DNA from: a virus
Reading direction: 5' to 3' (one strand)
IMG/VR virus record: IMGVR_UViG_3300020039_000026
DNA: 64,000 bases
The position numbers were made by a program, and so were the translations under genes. Shown piece after piece: positions 53,668 to 62,993 of this stretch (the stretch's first letter is position 1; every line of letters begins with the position of its first letter). The notes beneath the pieces were generated by a model, which was not told the origin of the DNA, made no database searches, and saw nothing but the letters and a program-made list of their open reading frames with translations.

Positions 53668-54999
53668 GTGAAAATGTTCATCAATAAGCTTAGATGGCAG
53701 GTAAAAACCATCAAGGACGCCTTGGAGAAGATCGCCAGCGCCAAGGGAAAGGCAGAAAAGGAAGCTGCCATTTCCGAGTGCCTTCAAAACGAAGTGGCCG
53801 CCAAAGGGCTTCGTTATCTTCTTGACCCTGGCATTGTCTTTCATTGCGGAGAAAAAACTTTCGGGAAGGACGTTGGCTTCGCCGGTACCATTTACGAAGA
53901 TTTCTTTGAGATGCTGGATGAATTGAACTCCATGCCAGCGCTTTCTTACGCGACGATCTCAAAAGTCAAGTCCACGCTTAACGTCCTGAATGGGAACGAT
54001 TGGTATGATGAGGGGCTTATGGGATTTGCCTATAATTATCTTTGCAAATCATTGAAAATCGGCGTCACGGCGAAGACGGTCAACAAGATCTGCTACACTG
54101 AATTTATACCAGAGTTTCGGTGTATGCTTGCTAATAAGTATTTCGACCATTCCGATAAAGTTGAAGGCAAGCATTTCTATCTGACGGAAAAGCTGGACGG
54201 CATCCGGTGCGTGGCGCTCGTCACCCCGGATTCCGCAAAGCTGTTTACCAGACAGGGTCAGCGCATTGAGGGGCTGCTGGATGTGGAAGCAGAGCTTATT
54301 GAAGAAGCGTATAACCTAAATGAGTCATTCGTGCTCGACGGCGAACTGCTGATTGCCAACCGAACAGGCATCCCTTCCAAGGATCAATATAAAGTGACTA
54401 CCATGATCGTCCGAAGAGACGGCACAAAAACAGGTATTACCTACAATGCCTTTGACATTCTTGACTACAATGACTTTACGGCCCGGAAATGCGAGGTTCC
54501 TTATGTGGAAAGGCGCGGCAGACTAAACAGCTTGTTTAAAACATCCAAGTATGTTAGGGTTCTGCCCGTTCTATATCGCGGCAGCGATACAGCAAAGATC
54601 ACTGAGTTTCTGAATGCCCAGCGCAGGCTCGGCCATGAGGGAGTTATGATTAACATCTCCGAAGCGCCATATCAATTCACGCGAACAAACGCGCTTTTGA
54701 AAGTGAAGGTCATGCAGGATGCGGATCTTCTTGTGACGGATGTTCAGGAGGGCGCTGGCAAGTATAAAGGAACGCTTGGAGCCTTGATCGTTGATTATAA
54801 GGGAAGCCCCGTAGGTGTAGGCTCCGGCCTGGATGACGATACGCGATTCGAGGTTTGGCAGCATAAGGACAAGTATATCGGGCGCGTAGCAAAAATCCAA
54901 TATTTCGAGGAAACGCACGGGGAGGACGGCCTGCCGTCCATTCGGTTCCCTGTGTTTTTGGAATTCAGAGAAATTGGGAAAGAGGTTTCATACAACTAA
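53668..54999 (+). CDS. ATP-dependent DNA ligase
   Basis: Motif I KLDGIRCVALV (KxDGxR), motif IV/V LGHEGVMIN...LLKVK. 443 aa. Confidence 0.8.
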   Translation: MKMFINKLRWQVKTIKDALEKIASAKGKAEKEAAISECLQNEVAAKGLRYLLDPGIVFHCGEKTFGKDVGFAGTIYEDFFEMLDELNSMPALSYATISKVKSTLNVLNGNDWYDEGLMGFAYNYLCKSLKIGVTAKTVNKICYTEFIPEFRCMLANKYFDHSDKVEGKHFYLTEKLDGIRCVALVTPDSAKLFTRQGQRIEGLLDVEAELIEEAYNLNESFVLDGELLIANRTGIPSKDQYKVTTMIVRRDGTKTGITYNAFDILDYNDFTARKCEVPYVERRGRLNSLFKTSKYVRVLPVLYRGSDTAKITEFLNAQRRLGHEGVMINISEAPYQFTRTNALLKVKVMQDADLLVTDVQEGAGKYKGTLGALIVDYKGSPVGVGSGLDDDTRFEVWQHKDKYIGRVAKIQYFEETHGEDGLPSIRFPVFLEFREIGKEVSYN

Positions 55000-55229
55000 T
55001 GAAAGAAAAATTCACCATCTACCGTGAGGATGGCTTTGACGAAGAAAGCCAGAAAACAAAGTATGCCGTTTTAAAAACCATGAAGCGAGAGCCAGACGCT
55101 GTCGCATACATAAATGATCTCAAGAACATCCGGGAATATGGGTATCTCAGGCTGGAAAAGCGCGGAGAGGACGGCAGCAGCTACCTCTGGAACGAGTACC
55201 CCGAAGGGTGGGAATTGATTCATGATTAA
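54999..55229 (+). CDS. Hypothetical protein
   Basis: 76-aa ORF, translationally coupled to both neighbours. Confidence 0.4.
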   Translation: MKEKFTIYREDGFDEESQKTKYAVLKTMKREPDAVAYINDLKNIREYGYLRLEKRGEDGSSYLWNEYPEGWELIHD

Positions 55230-56070
55230 ACTCGGAACGGACTATATCGGTTATAAGTATTTATTCGACGACGATCCAATCCTGCCAAACCTTTATGCGG
55301 ACAAGACCACAAATTGGTGTGACCTTCTGGAAAACGAATACCTGCTTGTCGTAACGCGCGACGGCTGTGTGGTTGACCGCTTCAAATGGCAGGACGGGAA
55401 GCACAAGCAGGTTTACAGGAAGCCTGTTGAAAGTTCAATGCTCGGTAAAATCAAGGCAAAGAACCCTGAGCAGGAATTTGCAATCGATTTGCTGATGGAT
55501 GATTCCGTTACCGTGAAGCTCATTACTGGATCATTTGGATCGGGTAAAACCTTCTTGGCTTGCTGCACTGCGTTCCAAATGCTGCAGGAGAATCGCTATG
55601 AAAAGATCGTTTGGGTTCGCAACAACATCGAAGTAAAGGACAGCAACCCAATTGGAGCACTCCCTGGCGATTACGCCGCAAAAATGAATATTTGGGCAAT
55701 GCCGCTTGCCGACCATCTTGGAGGCCGCGACGCTCTGGATATGCAAATTCAGCGCGGCAAAATCGAAGTTGAGCACTTGGGTTTTATGCGTGGCCGTGAC
55801 ATCAAAAACAGTATTATCTTTGTGTCGGAGGCAGAGCATCTTACCAGAGAACATGTTCAGCTTCTGCTGGGTCGTGTCGCGGAAGGCAGTGTTATTATCT
55901 TTGAAGGCGACTGCCGACAAATTGATAAGAAGGCTTTTGAAAACAGCAACGGTCTTGTTGCGGCCATTGACCGTCTCAAGGGGAACCGCTTGTTTTCATA
56001 CGTCCATCTGCGGGAATCCGTCCGCAGCGAAACGGCGAAGCTCGCCGATCTTTTAGACCAGGAGGATTAA
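55222..56070 (+). CDS. phoH: PhoH-like ATPase
   Basis: Walker A ITGSFGSGKTFLA and PhoH-like core. 282 aa. Confidence 0.75.
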   Translation: MIKLGTDYIGYKYLFDDDPILPNLYADKTTNWCDLLENEYLLVVTRDGCVVDRFKWQDGKHKQVYRKPVESSMLGKIKAKNPEQEFAIDLLMDDSVTVKLITGSFGSGKTFLACCTAFQMLQENRYEKIVWVRNNIEVKDSNPIGALPGDYAAKMNIWAMPLADHLGGRDALDMQIQRGKIEVEHLGFMRGRDIKNSIIFVSEAEHLTREHVQLLLGRVAEGSVIIFEGDCRQIDKKAFENSNGLVAAIDRLKGNRLFSYVHLRESVRSETAKLADLLDQED

Positions 56071-56073
56071 CCT

Positions 56074-56712
56074 ATGTCAGAAATCTTCGATCTGCCGCTT
56101 TCCGTCTTCGGAGAGAACGGCGAACTGCAAGGGCAGGTATTGCCGCTCCCTGACGACATCAGCTACTATGTTCTGGAGAAGGAGCGAAAAATCTATTTGG
56201 ACTACGATGTTTCCCCGGACATCATGGCTCTCCAACGAATGATTCTTCGATGGAATATTGAGGACTCAATTGATGGCGTGCCTATTGGCGAAAGGAAACC
56301 AATCCGTATTTATATCATGAGCTACGGCGGCGATATGGACTACATGTGGAGCATGGTCGATGCAATTGAAACGTCCGTCACTCCTGTATACACCATCAAT
56401 ATGGGAACAGCGGGGTCGGCGGCCGCTCTGATTTTTATGGCGGGCCATAAGCGGTTCTCCATGCCTCGTTCCCGTGTCGTTATCCACGAAGGCAGCGCGT
56501 CAATGTCTGGGGACTCCACGAAGGTGCTCAATGCGTCTGACAGTTATCGCAAAGCAATCAAGCGCATGAAGCAGTTTATCCTGTCCAAAACGCAAATCCC
56601 CCCGGCCACCCTCAATAAAAAGCGTAATGACGATTGGGAGCTTGATGCTGAAACATGCGCTAAATATCATATCTGTGATTCGATCGTTTACTCGATGAAC
56701 GAAATCATCTGA
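56074..56712 (+). CDS. ClpP-family (S14) serine protease-like protein
   Basis: IYIMSYGGDM, GTAGSAAALIF (Ser region) and RVVIHEGSA (His region) parallel the ClpP blocks IYINSPGG / GQAASMG / RxMIHQP. Confidence 0.65.
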   Translation: MSEIFDLPLSVFGENGELQGQVLPLPDDISYYVLEKERKIYLDYDVSPDIMALQRMILRWNIEDSIDGVPIGERKPIRIYIMSYGGDMDYMWSMVDAIETSVTPVYTINMGTAGSAAALIFMAGHKRFSMPRSRVVIHEGSASMSGDSTKVLNASDSYRKAIKRMKQFILSKTQIPPATLNKKRNDDWELDAETCAKYHICDSIVYSMNEII

Positions 56713-57047
56713 TACATATTGCGGGTAGCCAAGCACTAATAGGCGAGAAGAAAATATAGCTCATACGGTGGGACACCAGCGGAGAGGACCGCGTCACCAA
56801 CATCCGTGCAACCCAACCTGAGACGCGCGTGATTGCGCATATACAGAGGACGGAACAGGCAGCCGTCGCCATAAATAAATAGGAGATATGGAAGTGTCGC
56901 TCCATCTGTATATGCAACTGCACGCCCCGCAGAGAAAACGAGAGCGGCACACCGGCATCGTGTTACTGTACTACCTCGCAGTAACCATAGCGGTAACTTT
57001 GACCTTTCGGTGCGCCCTCTTATTCATAATAAACAAAGAAACCACAC

Positions 57048-57959
57048 ATGTTAATGTATGGAAAGGAAATATTGACTATGGCTACCATTATGGACTGCAA
57101 AGCACTGGCAGAAGAAATCTATGACGATTTAAGGGCCCGTGTTCAAAAACTAAATAGTAATAAAAGGTCTGTCGGCCTCGCCGCCATTCTCGTCGGTGAC
57201 GATCCGGCCAGTCAGATCTATGTCAATAACAAAGAAAAAGCCTGTCGTGAAATCGGTATTATTTCCGAAACCCATCACCTTCCGGCATCCGCAAAACAAA
57301 GAGAGCTGGAAGCGCTTATTGATAACGTCAGGCATGACAAACGAATGAATGGCATTATCGTTCAACTTCCTCTGCCAGACGGGCTGGACGCCGACAAAGC
57401 GCTTGCCAGGCTCACACCAGAAGTGGACGTGGACGGTTTGCACGCCGCCAACATCGGTCGCTTATCAAAAGGTCTGGACGGTTTTATGGCCTGCACACCC
57501 AAAGGTATCATCAGAGTCCTTGAAGAGTACGAGATTCCATTGGAGGGAAAGCACGCTGTCGTCGTAGGCAGAAGCAATATCGTTGGTAAGCCTATCGCAA
57601 TGGCGCTCCTGAATAAGGACTGCACAGTCACTATCTGCCATTCCAAAACGCAGAACCTCGCCGATATTACCAGCCAGGCGGATATTCTTGTCGTAGCCGT
57701 CGGTCAACCCAAGTTCGTCACCGCCGATATGGTAAAGGAAGGCGCTGTTGTTATTGATGTTGGCATTAACCGTACAGACGATGGCATTGTAGGCGATGTA
57801 GACTTCGACGAAGTCGAGCCCGTCGCGGGTTATATCACGCAGGTCCCTGGCGGAATCGGTAAAATGACCGTCGCTATGCTGATGGAGAATACAGTAGAAG
57901 CTGCAGAAAACATGCACGCTGAAGCTTATAGCGGTAATATTTATGAGTATTATCAGTAA
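57048..57959 (+). CDS. folD: Bifunctional methylenetetrahydrofolate dehydrogenase/cyclohydrolase
   Basis: Full-length match to FolD pattern (ILVGDDPASQIYVNNKEKAC, IVQLPLP, VVVGRSNIVGKPIAMALL, VIDVGINR). 303 aa. Confidence 0.85.
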   Translation: MLMYGKEILTMATIMDCKALAEEIYDDLRARVQKLNSNKRSVGLAAILVGDDPASQIYVNNKEKACREIGIISETHHLPASAKQRELEALIDNVRHDKRMNGIIVQLPLPDGLDADKALARLTPEVDVDGLHAANIGRLSKGLDGFMACTPKGIIRVLEEYEIPLEGKHAVVVGRSNIVGKPIAMALLNKDCTVTICHSKTQNLADITSQADILVVAVGQPKFVTADMVKEGAVVIDVGINRTDDGIVGDVDFDEVEPVAGYITQVPGGIGKMTVAMLMENTVEAAENMHAEAYSGNIYEYYQ

Positions 57960-57976
57960 TTCACGGAGGAAGAAAA

Positions 57977-58405
57977 ATGGAAATCAGAATTAAGTACCAC
58001 GACGACGAAATTGCAAAAATGGGCTTGGAACAGCATGGTGACTGGATCGATCTTCGCGCAGCAGAGGATGCTGAGATTGCGCCTGGCGGATTTAAGATCA
58101 TCTCGCTGGGCGTATCCATGAAACTGCCAGCAGGCTATGAGGCGCACCTCGCTCCGCGTTCCTCTACATATAAAAAGTGGGGCATCCTGCAAACCAATTC
58201 TGTAGGCGTTATTGATGAACTTTACTGCGGAGAAGACGATGTTTGGGGCTTCCCGGCTTATTCTCCAAACGGTTCCGTTATCCATAAGGGAGATCGCATT
58301 GCTCAGTTCCGCCTCGTCGAAAAGATGGATATGGTTGACTTCGTGCGCGTAGATCACCTGGATGATACCTCTCGAGGCGGATTTGGTTCTTCGGGGGCGA
58401 ACTAA
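57977..58405 (+). CDS. dut: dUTP diphosphatase
   Basis: dUTPase motifs APRSS, GVIDELYCGE and C-terminal RGGFGSSG. 142 aa. Confidence 0.8.
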   Translation: MEIRIKYHDDEIAKMGLEQHGDWIDLRAAEDAEIAPGGFKIISLGVSMKLPAGYEAHLAPRSSTYKKWGILQTNSVGVIDELYCGEDDVWGFPAYSPNGSVIHKGDRIAQFRLVEKMDMVDFVRVDHLDDTSRGGFGSSGAN

Positions 58406-58578
58406 TGACTTCTGATATTTACATTGGCACTCTGTCGCTGGTTTGTATGTTCTTATCGCTGGTGTCAGCAGAAAATGAGAGGGCGTTTTACTATCGCAAC
58501 CGCGCCAATATCATCCTAAACTGCCTGGCGGCCTTATGTGCCGTCATTGCCATTGCTGCTTTTACGGGGGCATTACGA

Positions 58579-58958
58579 TGAACGACAATCGTTGTGTGTG
58601 CTGTGGAGAAATCATACCGGAGGGCAGGATTGTCTGCCCCATTTGCGCTGGTGATGTGGAAAAGGGAGAACCATATCCTATTCCCAGCGTTAATCGTTTG
58701 GAAGAAGTATCAACCATTCTCAAATCATGGGCGAATTATTTCAGACACTCACACAAAAACAGGGCTTATGATCCGGCCTTTACAAAATTCAATAAGCTAT
58801 TCCCAGTGCTCGCGAGCAGAATGGCGGATGTCATCGACTCAGCCCTGCTCGACGGTGAACAGATTTCTATGGCTGACCAAAGGCGAAGTTGTCACTCATT
58901 TGGCACCGCTTCCGATCATGGAACAGGACAAAGGGAAGCATCTGTGGAACGCACAGAA
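58579..58958 (+). CDS. Hypothetical protein with N-terminal zinc-ribbon
   Basis: ATG at 58579 (MNDNRCVCCGEIIPEGRIVCPICAG). Confidence 0.4.
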
Positions 58959-59186
58959 CTAACAATTTAATGGCTAATTAGGGCGTGACAAGCTACAGGC
59001 GGTATACCGCACAGCGTACTATGTCATGATGGAGGGATACTATCCAACCCAACCTGAACAGGGGGTAGGGGTTCAGGGTTTGTTCCATAAAAAAGTATTG
59101 ACTTTTATAATGCAAAGCTATATAATTAAAGTGTGGAAACCCAAATGGTTGCCCGAGTAAACAACAGCAGCAATGAGGTCAAAACC

Positions 59187-59313
59187 TCAACCCTGTGAGT
59201 CGTCTGCCGCGAACAGACGGCTCACTTTCTTTAATAACGTAACAGTGCCTTTGCGGATCGCATAAGCGAACATAACAAGAGTGGCAATATCAGCCATAAC
59301 AGAAAGTGTCATG
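59187..59313 (-). CDS. Small hydrophobic protein (42 aa) on minus strand, divergent from xis/int
   Basis: Minus-strand ATG preceded by GGAGGA RBS. MTLSVMADIATLVMFAYAIRKG is a single predicted TM helix. Confidence 0.3.
59196..59235. terminator. Hairpin terminator candidate (12-bp stem) with T-tract on the plus strand
   Basis: GTGAGTCGTCTG-CCGCGAA-CAGACGGCTCAC followed by TTTCTTTAAT. Confidence 0.4.
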
Positions 59314-59579
59314 CATCGTCCTCCTATGGGGTTATTCCAGTTCTCCGGTATATCCCACGAGGGCGGCACAATCGCCTCCTTACCCGCACCTCGCGGGAGT
59401 CCGAAGGCAACCGTCTTTTTAACCTCCACCAGAAGAACAGAAAAGAAGGTGTGGTGGTGAGTTTCCACGGATTTATTATATGGCCTATGTCGAAAGAAGT
59501 CAATAAGAGAAAAAAGAACGGCTTGGATTTTGAGTCCAGGCCGTTATTTATTTATCTAACCAAGAAAGGAGATTTCAAA

Positions 59580-59918
59580 ATGTCAAAACAATTTGACAGT
59601 AGCATCCAGATTCTATATAATCAAGAATTGGAGCAGTTCATAGAAAGAGCCGTTGAAAAGGCGGTGTCTCATGTGTTGTCTGCTCTCATGAATCTTGACA
59701 ATGGAACAGATGTACACGACCCGCCGTTGTGCGTTAAGCCTACCTTAACCGTGGATGAAGCGGCAAGGCTTATCGGCATCTCGAAGCCAAAGATGTATGA
59801 GCTCACGAAATCGCCGGATTTCCCGGTCATACATATCGGCAGAAAGATCCTGATAAACCGCCAGTCGCTCCTCCGATGGATGAAAGGAGAAATCAATCAT
59901 GGCAAAAAGACGCGCTAA
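59580..59918 (+). CDS. xis: Excisionase/HTH DNA-binding protein
   Basis: LTVDEAARLIGISKPKMYELTKSPDFPVIHIGRKILINRQSLLRWM is a typical excisionase-family HTH. Start overlaps the integrase. Confidence 0.55.
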   Translation: MSKQFDSSIQILYNQELEQFIERAVEKAVSHVLSALMNLDNGTDVHDPPLCVKPTLTVDEAARLIGISKPKMYELTKSPDFPVIHIGRKILINRQSLLRWMKGEINHGKKTR

Positions 59919-61035
59919 CGGCGAAGGGACATTAAGGAAAAGGAATAATGGCGTGTGGGAAGGCCGCTTCTCCGCAAACGGTGAGCAGCACTCTGTATAC
60001 AGCAAGTCGCAATCCGTTGTCAGGAAGAAGATGGTAGAAGCGTTTTCAGACATTGAGAATGATGAGTTTCTTGTTGAAAGCAACCAATCGCTGGAAGCAT
60101 GGCTGATGTTCTGGCAAGACACTTTCCTCGACGATGTAAAGCAGTCCTCTGCCGATCGGTATAGATCCTGCATCAAAACCCATATCATCCCTGCTCTCGG
60201 GAAAATCTGCATCGCTGATTTGAGGCCGTCTGTCATTCAAAGGTTCCTGAACAACTGTAAGACGCAGAAGGAGCTTTCCAGAAAGAGCGTGCAGAACATC
60301 CGGCTTGTTCTCAGCAAGGCTCTCGATAAGGCAGTCGATGATGAACTTATCAAGAAGAATCCCTGTCTGAAAACTAAGCTTCCAGCCTATAATAACCCGC
60401 AAAAAGAAATGCGCCCTATAACCGGAAGCGAAATATCTCAATTTCTCGAAGCAATCAGCGGAACGGAATACGAACAAATGTTTTACATTGGCCTTTTTAC
60501 CGGAATGAGGGAGAGCGAACTTATTGGATTATCTTGGGACTGCATCGACTTTAAAAAGGGAACGATTCACCTTTACAGGCAGCTAAAACGAGCGCGTGGA
60601 GGAGATAACTGTTACGCTTTTTCTTCTTTGAAGACGAAGCAGAGCAGGACATTCTCTGTCCCCAAAAACGTGCTGGATGTCCTGAAAAAAGTGAGGACGC
60701 GCCAAGCGGAACAAAGGCTGTGCGCCGGAAGCTCATGGGCTAACAAAGATAATCTTGTCTTCACAAATGCGTTAGGTGAGCACGTCCACACCAAAACGCT
60801 TTACAGAAGGTTTAAGAAAGTCGCGTCAGACATAGGAATACCAGAGCTTCGTTTCCACGATTTGAGGCACTCCTACGCCACACTGGCGCTCGAAAACGGG
60901 GTAGACCCTAAGACCGTATCGACAAATTTAGGACACGCCACAGTGGCCTTTACGCTCGATAAATACGGTCACGTCAGCCAGGCAATGATGGACGACTCCG
61001 CCTCCAAGATGCAGAGGTTCATAGAGTCCCTCTGA
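59899..61035 (+). CDS. int: Tyrosine-type site-specific integrase
   Basis: N-terminal ANGEGTLRKRNNGVWEGRFS (Firmicutes phage/ICE integrase type). C-terminal catalytic block RFHDLRHSYATLALENGVDPKTVSTNLGHATVAFTLDKYGHV (R..H..R..H..Y). Confidence 0.85.
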   Translation: MAKRRANGEGTLRKRNNGVWEGRFSANGEQHSVYSKSQSVVRKKMVEAFSDIENDEFLVESNQSLEAWLMFWQDTFLDDVKQSSADRYRSCIKTHIIPALGKICIADLRPSVIQRFLNNCKTQKELSRKSVQNIRLVLSKALDKAVDDELIKKNPCLKTKLPAYNNPQKEMRPITGSEISQFLEAISGTEYEQMFYIGLFTGMRESELIGLSWDCIDFKKGTIHLYRQLKRARGGDNCYAFSSLKTKQSRTFSVPKNVLDVLKKVRTRQAEQRLCAGSSWANKDNLVFTNALGEHVHTKTLYRRFKKVASDIGIPELRFHDLRHSYATLALENGVDPKTVSTNLGHATVAFTLDKYGHVSQAMMDDSASKMQRFIESL

Positions 61036-61262
61036 TTCCAATTAGGGTACTAATTAGGGTACTAAGCCTCCAAAAATGGAAAGAAGCCTTGATTTACAAG
61101 GCTTCCAGATGGTCTGGGTGGAGAGATTTGAACTCGCTGGTTCTCGTACAACTTGGTATAATACCGTGTAATATCGTACCATATTGTACATAAATCTATG
61201 GTTCCAGACAACAGAAAACAATCTCGATAAATGCTGGTTAGGGTACTAATTAGGGTACTACG
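61036..61262. promoter_or_regulatory. attP-like attachment region. A tRNA-Pro 3-prime fragment (minus strand, 61110-61150) is flanked by two perfect 23-bp direct repeats TTAGGGTACTAATTAGGGTACTA (61042-61064 and 61238-61260), candidate arm-type sites.
   Basis: The reverse complement of 61110-61137 is GCGAG-TTCAAAT-CTCTC-CACCCAG-A-CCA, which is a T-arm, acceptor 3-prime strand and CCA ending in the same CCACCCAGACCA as the phage tRNA-Pro. No anticodon arm upstream. Repeats read directly. Begins 7 bp after the int stop. Confidence 0.5.
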
Positions 61263-61432
61263 GCGGGCGTGTACTGTTCCATAGAAGCAGGTTTCTACCA
61301 AAGCACCATAAAGGTGATGTTTTGTTAGGAATCTCAGAAATACGCCAAATGGGCCCTTCGACCCCATACGCTTGTTTGTGAAGGATTAACGCTAAACGCT
61401 TTTTGAAAAATGTATTGATCTTACCAGAGTCA

Positions 61433-61711
61433 TTACTCTAACCTAAGCTTCTTTCTCCAAAGCGACTTTAATCTTTTTTCTGCTTTTAGTCGAGGTTCAA
61501 CAACCATAAAATCATATTCATCGTCGTAAATAACTGGTTGTGACGAATTATCATGTGTATCTGTAATTTGCTGTATGTGCACAGGGTTATACTGTTCTTC
61601 AACACAAACAACTCGAAAAACGATATTTGATCTTTTTCTCAGATCCCTGTAATTTTTTGATGGTACTCTTTGCTTATCAATCATTATAACTACCCCCAAA
61701 TTCCATTTCAC
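61433..61711 (-). CDS. Hypothetical protein, AT-rich cargo gene
   Basis: 92-aa minus-strand ORF in a markedly AT-rich block. Confidence 0.45.
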   Translation of the reverse strand: MKWNLGVVIMIDKQRVPSKNYRDLRKRSNIVFRVVCVEEQYNPVHIQQITDTHDNSSQPVIYDDEYDFMVVEPRLKAEKRLKSLWRKKLRLE

Positions 61712-61751
61712 TTTCTAATATATCAAAGGTGGTTCTGTTCTATTCTTGATT

Positions 61752-62708
61752 TCAAGAAATAGGCGACGGTGGTAAAGCTATTGCAGCTTTTTCAGCCTTG
61801 TGTAAAAGTACAATAATAGATGAGTAGATTCTTAGCAGTTTTTGTATATTCTGCATTTCATATTCATTTTCGGCAATACGGCTCCCGGCGGCTACAAGGA
61901 TTTCTATAAGACCTATCATGTTTTGCTTATCACAAGATACAGGAATGAATAAAAACTGTTCTATTCTGCCTGATTCTTTTTCTCGGTCATCGTAATAGAA
62001 CACCTTATCTACTTCATCAGCCGTTAGACGATATTCCGCGTGGATTTTTTTCATCGCAAACATTTGAATGTCGAAATATGTATCTTTGGCATCTACAACA
62101 TCTCTTTCGACTCCATTTATCTTTGGTGCATCACCAAACTGATTTGAACAACCAACCATTTTTATCCTTGTTCCTACATCATTAATTGTTCTAACATAAT
62201 AAACATTTATAGATGTCTTAGTATAATCTTCGATAAATCGGGCAATCGATTCGCATACTTCATCGATGGCCGGATTAACAAAAGCCCATCTGTTTTCTGA
62301 TACAATTCCATTCGTCGTAATATCTTTTGCTATGTGATTTAGCCCTTTTGCTTGTTTAAACAAAAGGGGCGGAAGGTATTGGAAATACTTTTGATAAATC
62401 TTTATCTTTCGTTCCATTTCATCAACGGTTAATTCTCTGAGCTTGTCTATATTGGTACAGCGAAGAGAGAAAATAACCTGTAAAATAATAAAAATAACTG
62501 CGAAAACAATAACGAATACTTTCAATGTATCATCCATAGGTACTGATATCAATCCACAGAGAATTGCTGGAATACAAGTAAATGCTATAGTAAGAATTGC
62601 GCGTGGTACTTTTTTATCAAACCAAAGAATTCTATGCGATTCCGCATTTTTCTTTTTCAAGGCCATAAAATCTTTCGCTCTCTTTCTGTTGTACAAATAA
62701 ATGTTCAA
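61752..62708 (-). CDS. Hypothetical membrane-anchored protein (2 N-terminal TM helices plus about 230-aa cytoplasmic domain), AT-rich cargo gene
   Basis: 318-aa minus-strand ORF, opposite in orientation and about 33% GC against about 50% for the phage core genes. Confidence 0.5.
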   Translation of the reverse strand: MNIYLYNRKRAKDFMALKKKNAESHRILWFDKKVPRAILTIAFTCIPAILCGLISVPMDDTLKVFVIVFAVIFIILQVIFSLRCTNIDKLRELTVDEMERKIKIYQKYFQYLPPLLFKQAKGLNHIAKDITTNGIVSENRWAFVNPAIDEVCESIARFIEDYTKTSINVYYVRTINDVGTRIKMVGCSNQFGDAPKINGVERDVVDAKDTYFDIQMFAMKKIHAEYRLTADEVDKVFYYDDREKESGRIEQFLFIPVSCDKQNMIGLIEILVAAGSRIAENEYEMQNIQKLLRIYSSIIVLLHKAEKAAIALPPSPIS

Positions 62709-62993
62709 TTATTCTAATCATCTAAAAACTAATACCAATACGCTTATTTTCCATCCTCTGCGGGTTCTACTTCTACCTGCTGTCTCTGGAGTTCTGTGGA
62801 ACACTCGCTCCACCGTGTTATTATAGCATAGGCATTAAATAATTGTCAACATTTTTCCCACATAAAACATTGACAAATGGCGAGGAAAACACTATACTTT
62901 CTAATTATCTGAAAAATCACGGGACAGCATCGTGAACTGCACCCCATTTGTTAGACAAGTATGGTATACTACTAACAAATGGGGTGATTTATT

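Noticed and set aside
61042-61260. CRISPR-like appearance of the 23-bp direct repeats TTAGGGTACTAATTAGGGTACTA
   Set aside because: Only two copies, 196 bp apart, flanking a tRNA fragment next to an integrase gene. This fits arm-type att sites and not a CRISPR array. No cas genes.
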